64,000 nt of DNA from positions 85,994,001-86,058,000 of the forward strand of contig NC_043000.1 of NCBI RefSeq assembly GCF_006345805.1. Reading direction: 5' to 3'. The translations under genes were made by a program, and so were the position numbers. This DNA is from Octopus sinensis. Taxonomy: Eukaryota. Of this stretch, positions 62,511 through 64,000 are shown piece after piece. The notes beneath the pieces are model-generated. The model had not been told where the DNA came from. It did no database searches and saw only the letters and a program-made list of their open reading frames with translations. Each line of letters opens with the position of its first letter. The stretch's first letter is position 1.

Positions 62511-64000
62511 TTGTTTGTTTGTACATATCTTTTGGTGATGTTTATTGGCAAAAGAGGTAAACCTCAACAAGAAAATCAAAATTACAAATTCCTTTGTGAT
62601 ATTTGTTCCACATGAGTAATACAGACAATCCTTTGTTGCTAATGTGATTGTAGTTGTGGTGAAACAGCGATTGACTATTTAGTAAAAAGGAGTCAACGAA
62701 TATCTTGTTTACAAAATGTTATATGAAATATAATAAATAAGTGAGAAATAAATGAATTAAAACTGAGAAAATTAAGTTAGATTTAGACATTGAAATTAGA
62801 GAATGAGGATGAAATTACAAATATCAATGCAAAGGAATTGATAGAACTGTTAATGTATGATGTAACAAAATAAGACTTAGAAAGGAGTACCACATAACAA
62901 AATAGAAGGAGAAAGGAATACAATATAGGGAATAGAAAAAACTTAGAAAGGAGTATGACATAGAGAATAAGAGAAACTTAGAAAAGTGTATTATAGGAGT
63001 ATCAAAGTATTGTGACATAGTGAAGTAAACACCAGAAATAACATTATAGATATAAATATATCCTATCTACCTTAACTACCCAGTCACAAACTTTTGCTTC
63101 AATACACTGGAAGCTAAGTGAACTGAAAAATTTTGATAGGAAAACCAGAAAACTTCTCATTTTATTCTGAACTCACCTCAGCTTAAAAGCTGATATAGAT
63201 AGGATTCCCCAGGTACCCAGGTACCCTGACACAAATAGAGCTATTACAAAATAACTACAGTGGGTTTAAGAAAAATATATTTAGATGCAAGCAAAGGCAG
63301 ACTGATTTGTAAGAGAGAATATGAAAAAAGGAAAAAATCTTTTTATACAAGAAACAATAAAAATACAAAGAAAATACATAGCAGAAACTGAAAAAAAAGA
63401 AAGGTTTAGATAAAAGCAAGAACATTATAAAAGTTTAAACCAAAATATAAAATTAAAGCAGAATTCCCAAATATACTAAAGAAAACAAAAACAAAAAAAA
63501 AACAAACAAAAAACTAAGGAAATGGAATTAACTAAAAGGAAAGAAAAAATGACTTGAATGTATCAGATTAAAAGCAGAAATAGAACTTTGATTTTAGCTA
63601 AACAAAAAGAAAATGGTACCAAAATAGATTAATAAAATAATGAAACAATATTAAATAATGAAGCAAAAGGCTACATAACCAACACATACAGCAACCCAAC
63701 CTATATATACTATATAACCAACACACACATCAACCCAACCTATATATATATATATATATAAACTGACCACTTTATTTGTGGCTATCCAGTCTTAAAAAAT
63801 GATGTAATGCATCCATAGACATGACTGTATTGGTAGTTATATCCATTTGACAAAACTGGAATTGAAAATAGAAGATATAATGAGTATACACCATATCCAC
63901 TGTGCGAAAATCACAATCACATAGCTATGATACTTCTGGGACAAGCATGCCCAGACCAACATGGAGATCAAAGTGAACCCTTATCATAAAAGAAATAAAA

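Overview
AT-rich eukaryotic DNA dense in microsatellites and transposons, most likely from an octopus (inferred from the SINE families and the (TA)n/(CA)n/(TATG)n load, not verified). No rRNA, tRNA genes, CRISPR arrays or operons are supported. The one solid protein-coding element is a 1,924-nt minus-strand exon (3325-1402). It encodes ten exact 38-aa repeats followed by a tyrosine-motif cassette: six YDD[VI] motifs on a 19-aa period, then EPLYASI, YTAI, YSYI, YEDV and YEYI. This looks like a multivalent phosphotyrosine/SH2 scaffold region. Several short candidate minus-strand exons (30.6-50.2 kb) may belong to the same unidentified gene. The rest is mostly decayed mobile DNA: three Penelope-like lineages, Hero- and R4/Dong-type RLE LINEs, RTE and CR1-like LINEs, a Gypsy remnant, mariner/Tc1/maT remnants, piggyBac- and TA-type MITEs, a Helitron-like insert and several SINE families. 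The Penelope-like elements carry hammerhead ribozyme motifs, including one fully canonical copy at 39447-39529. Other notable structures are long fold-backs and a 99%-identical 336-bp local duplication. All family calls come from motif recognition by eye; no database search was run.
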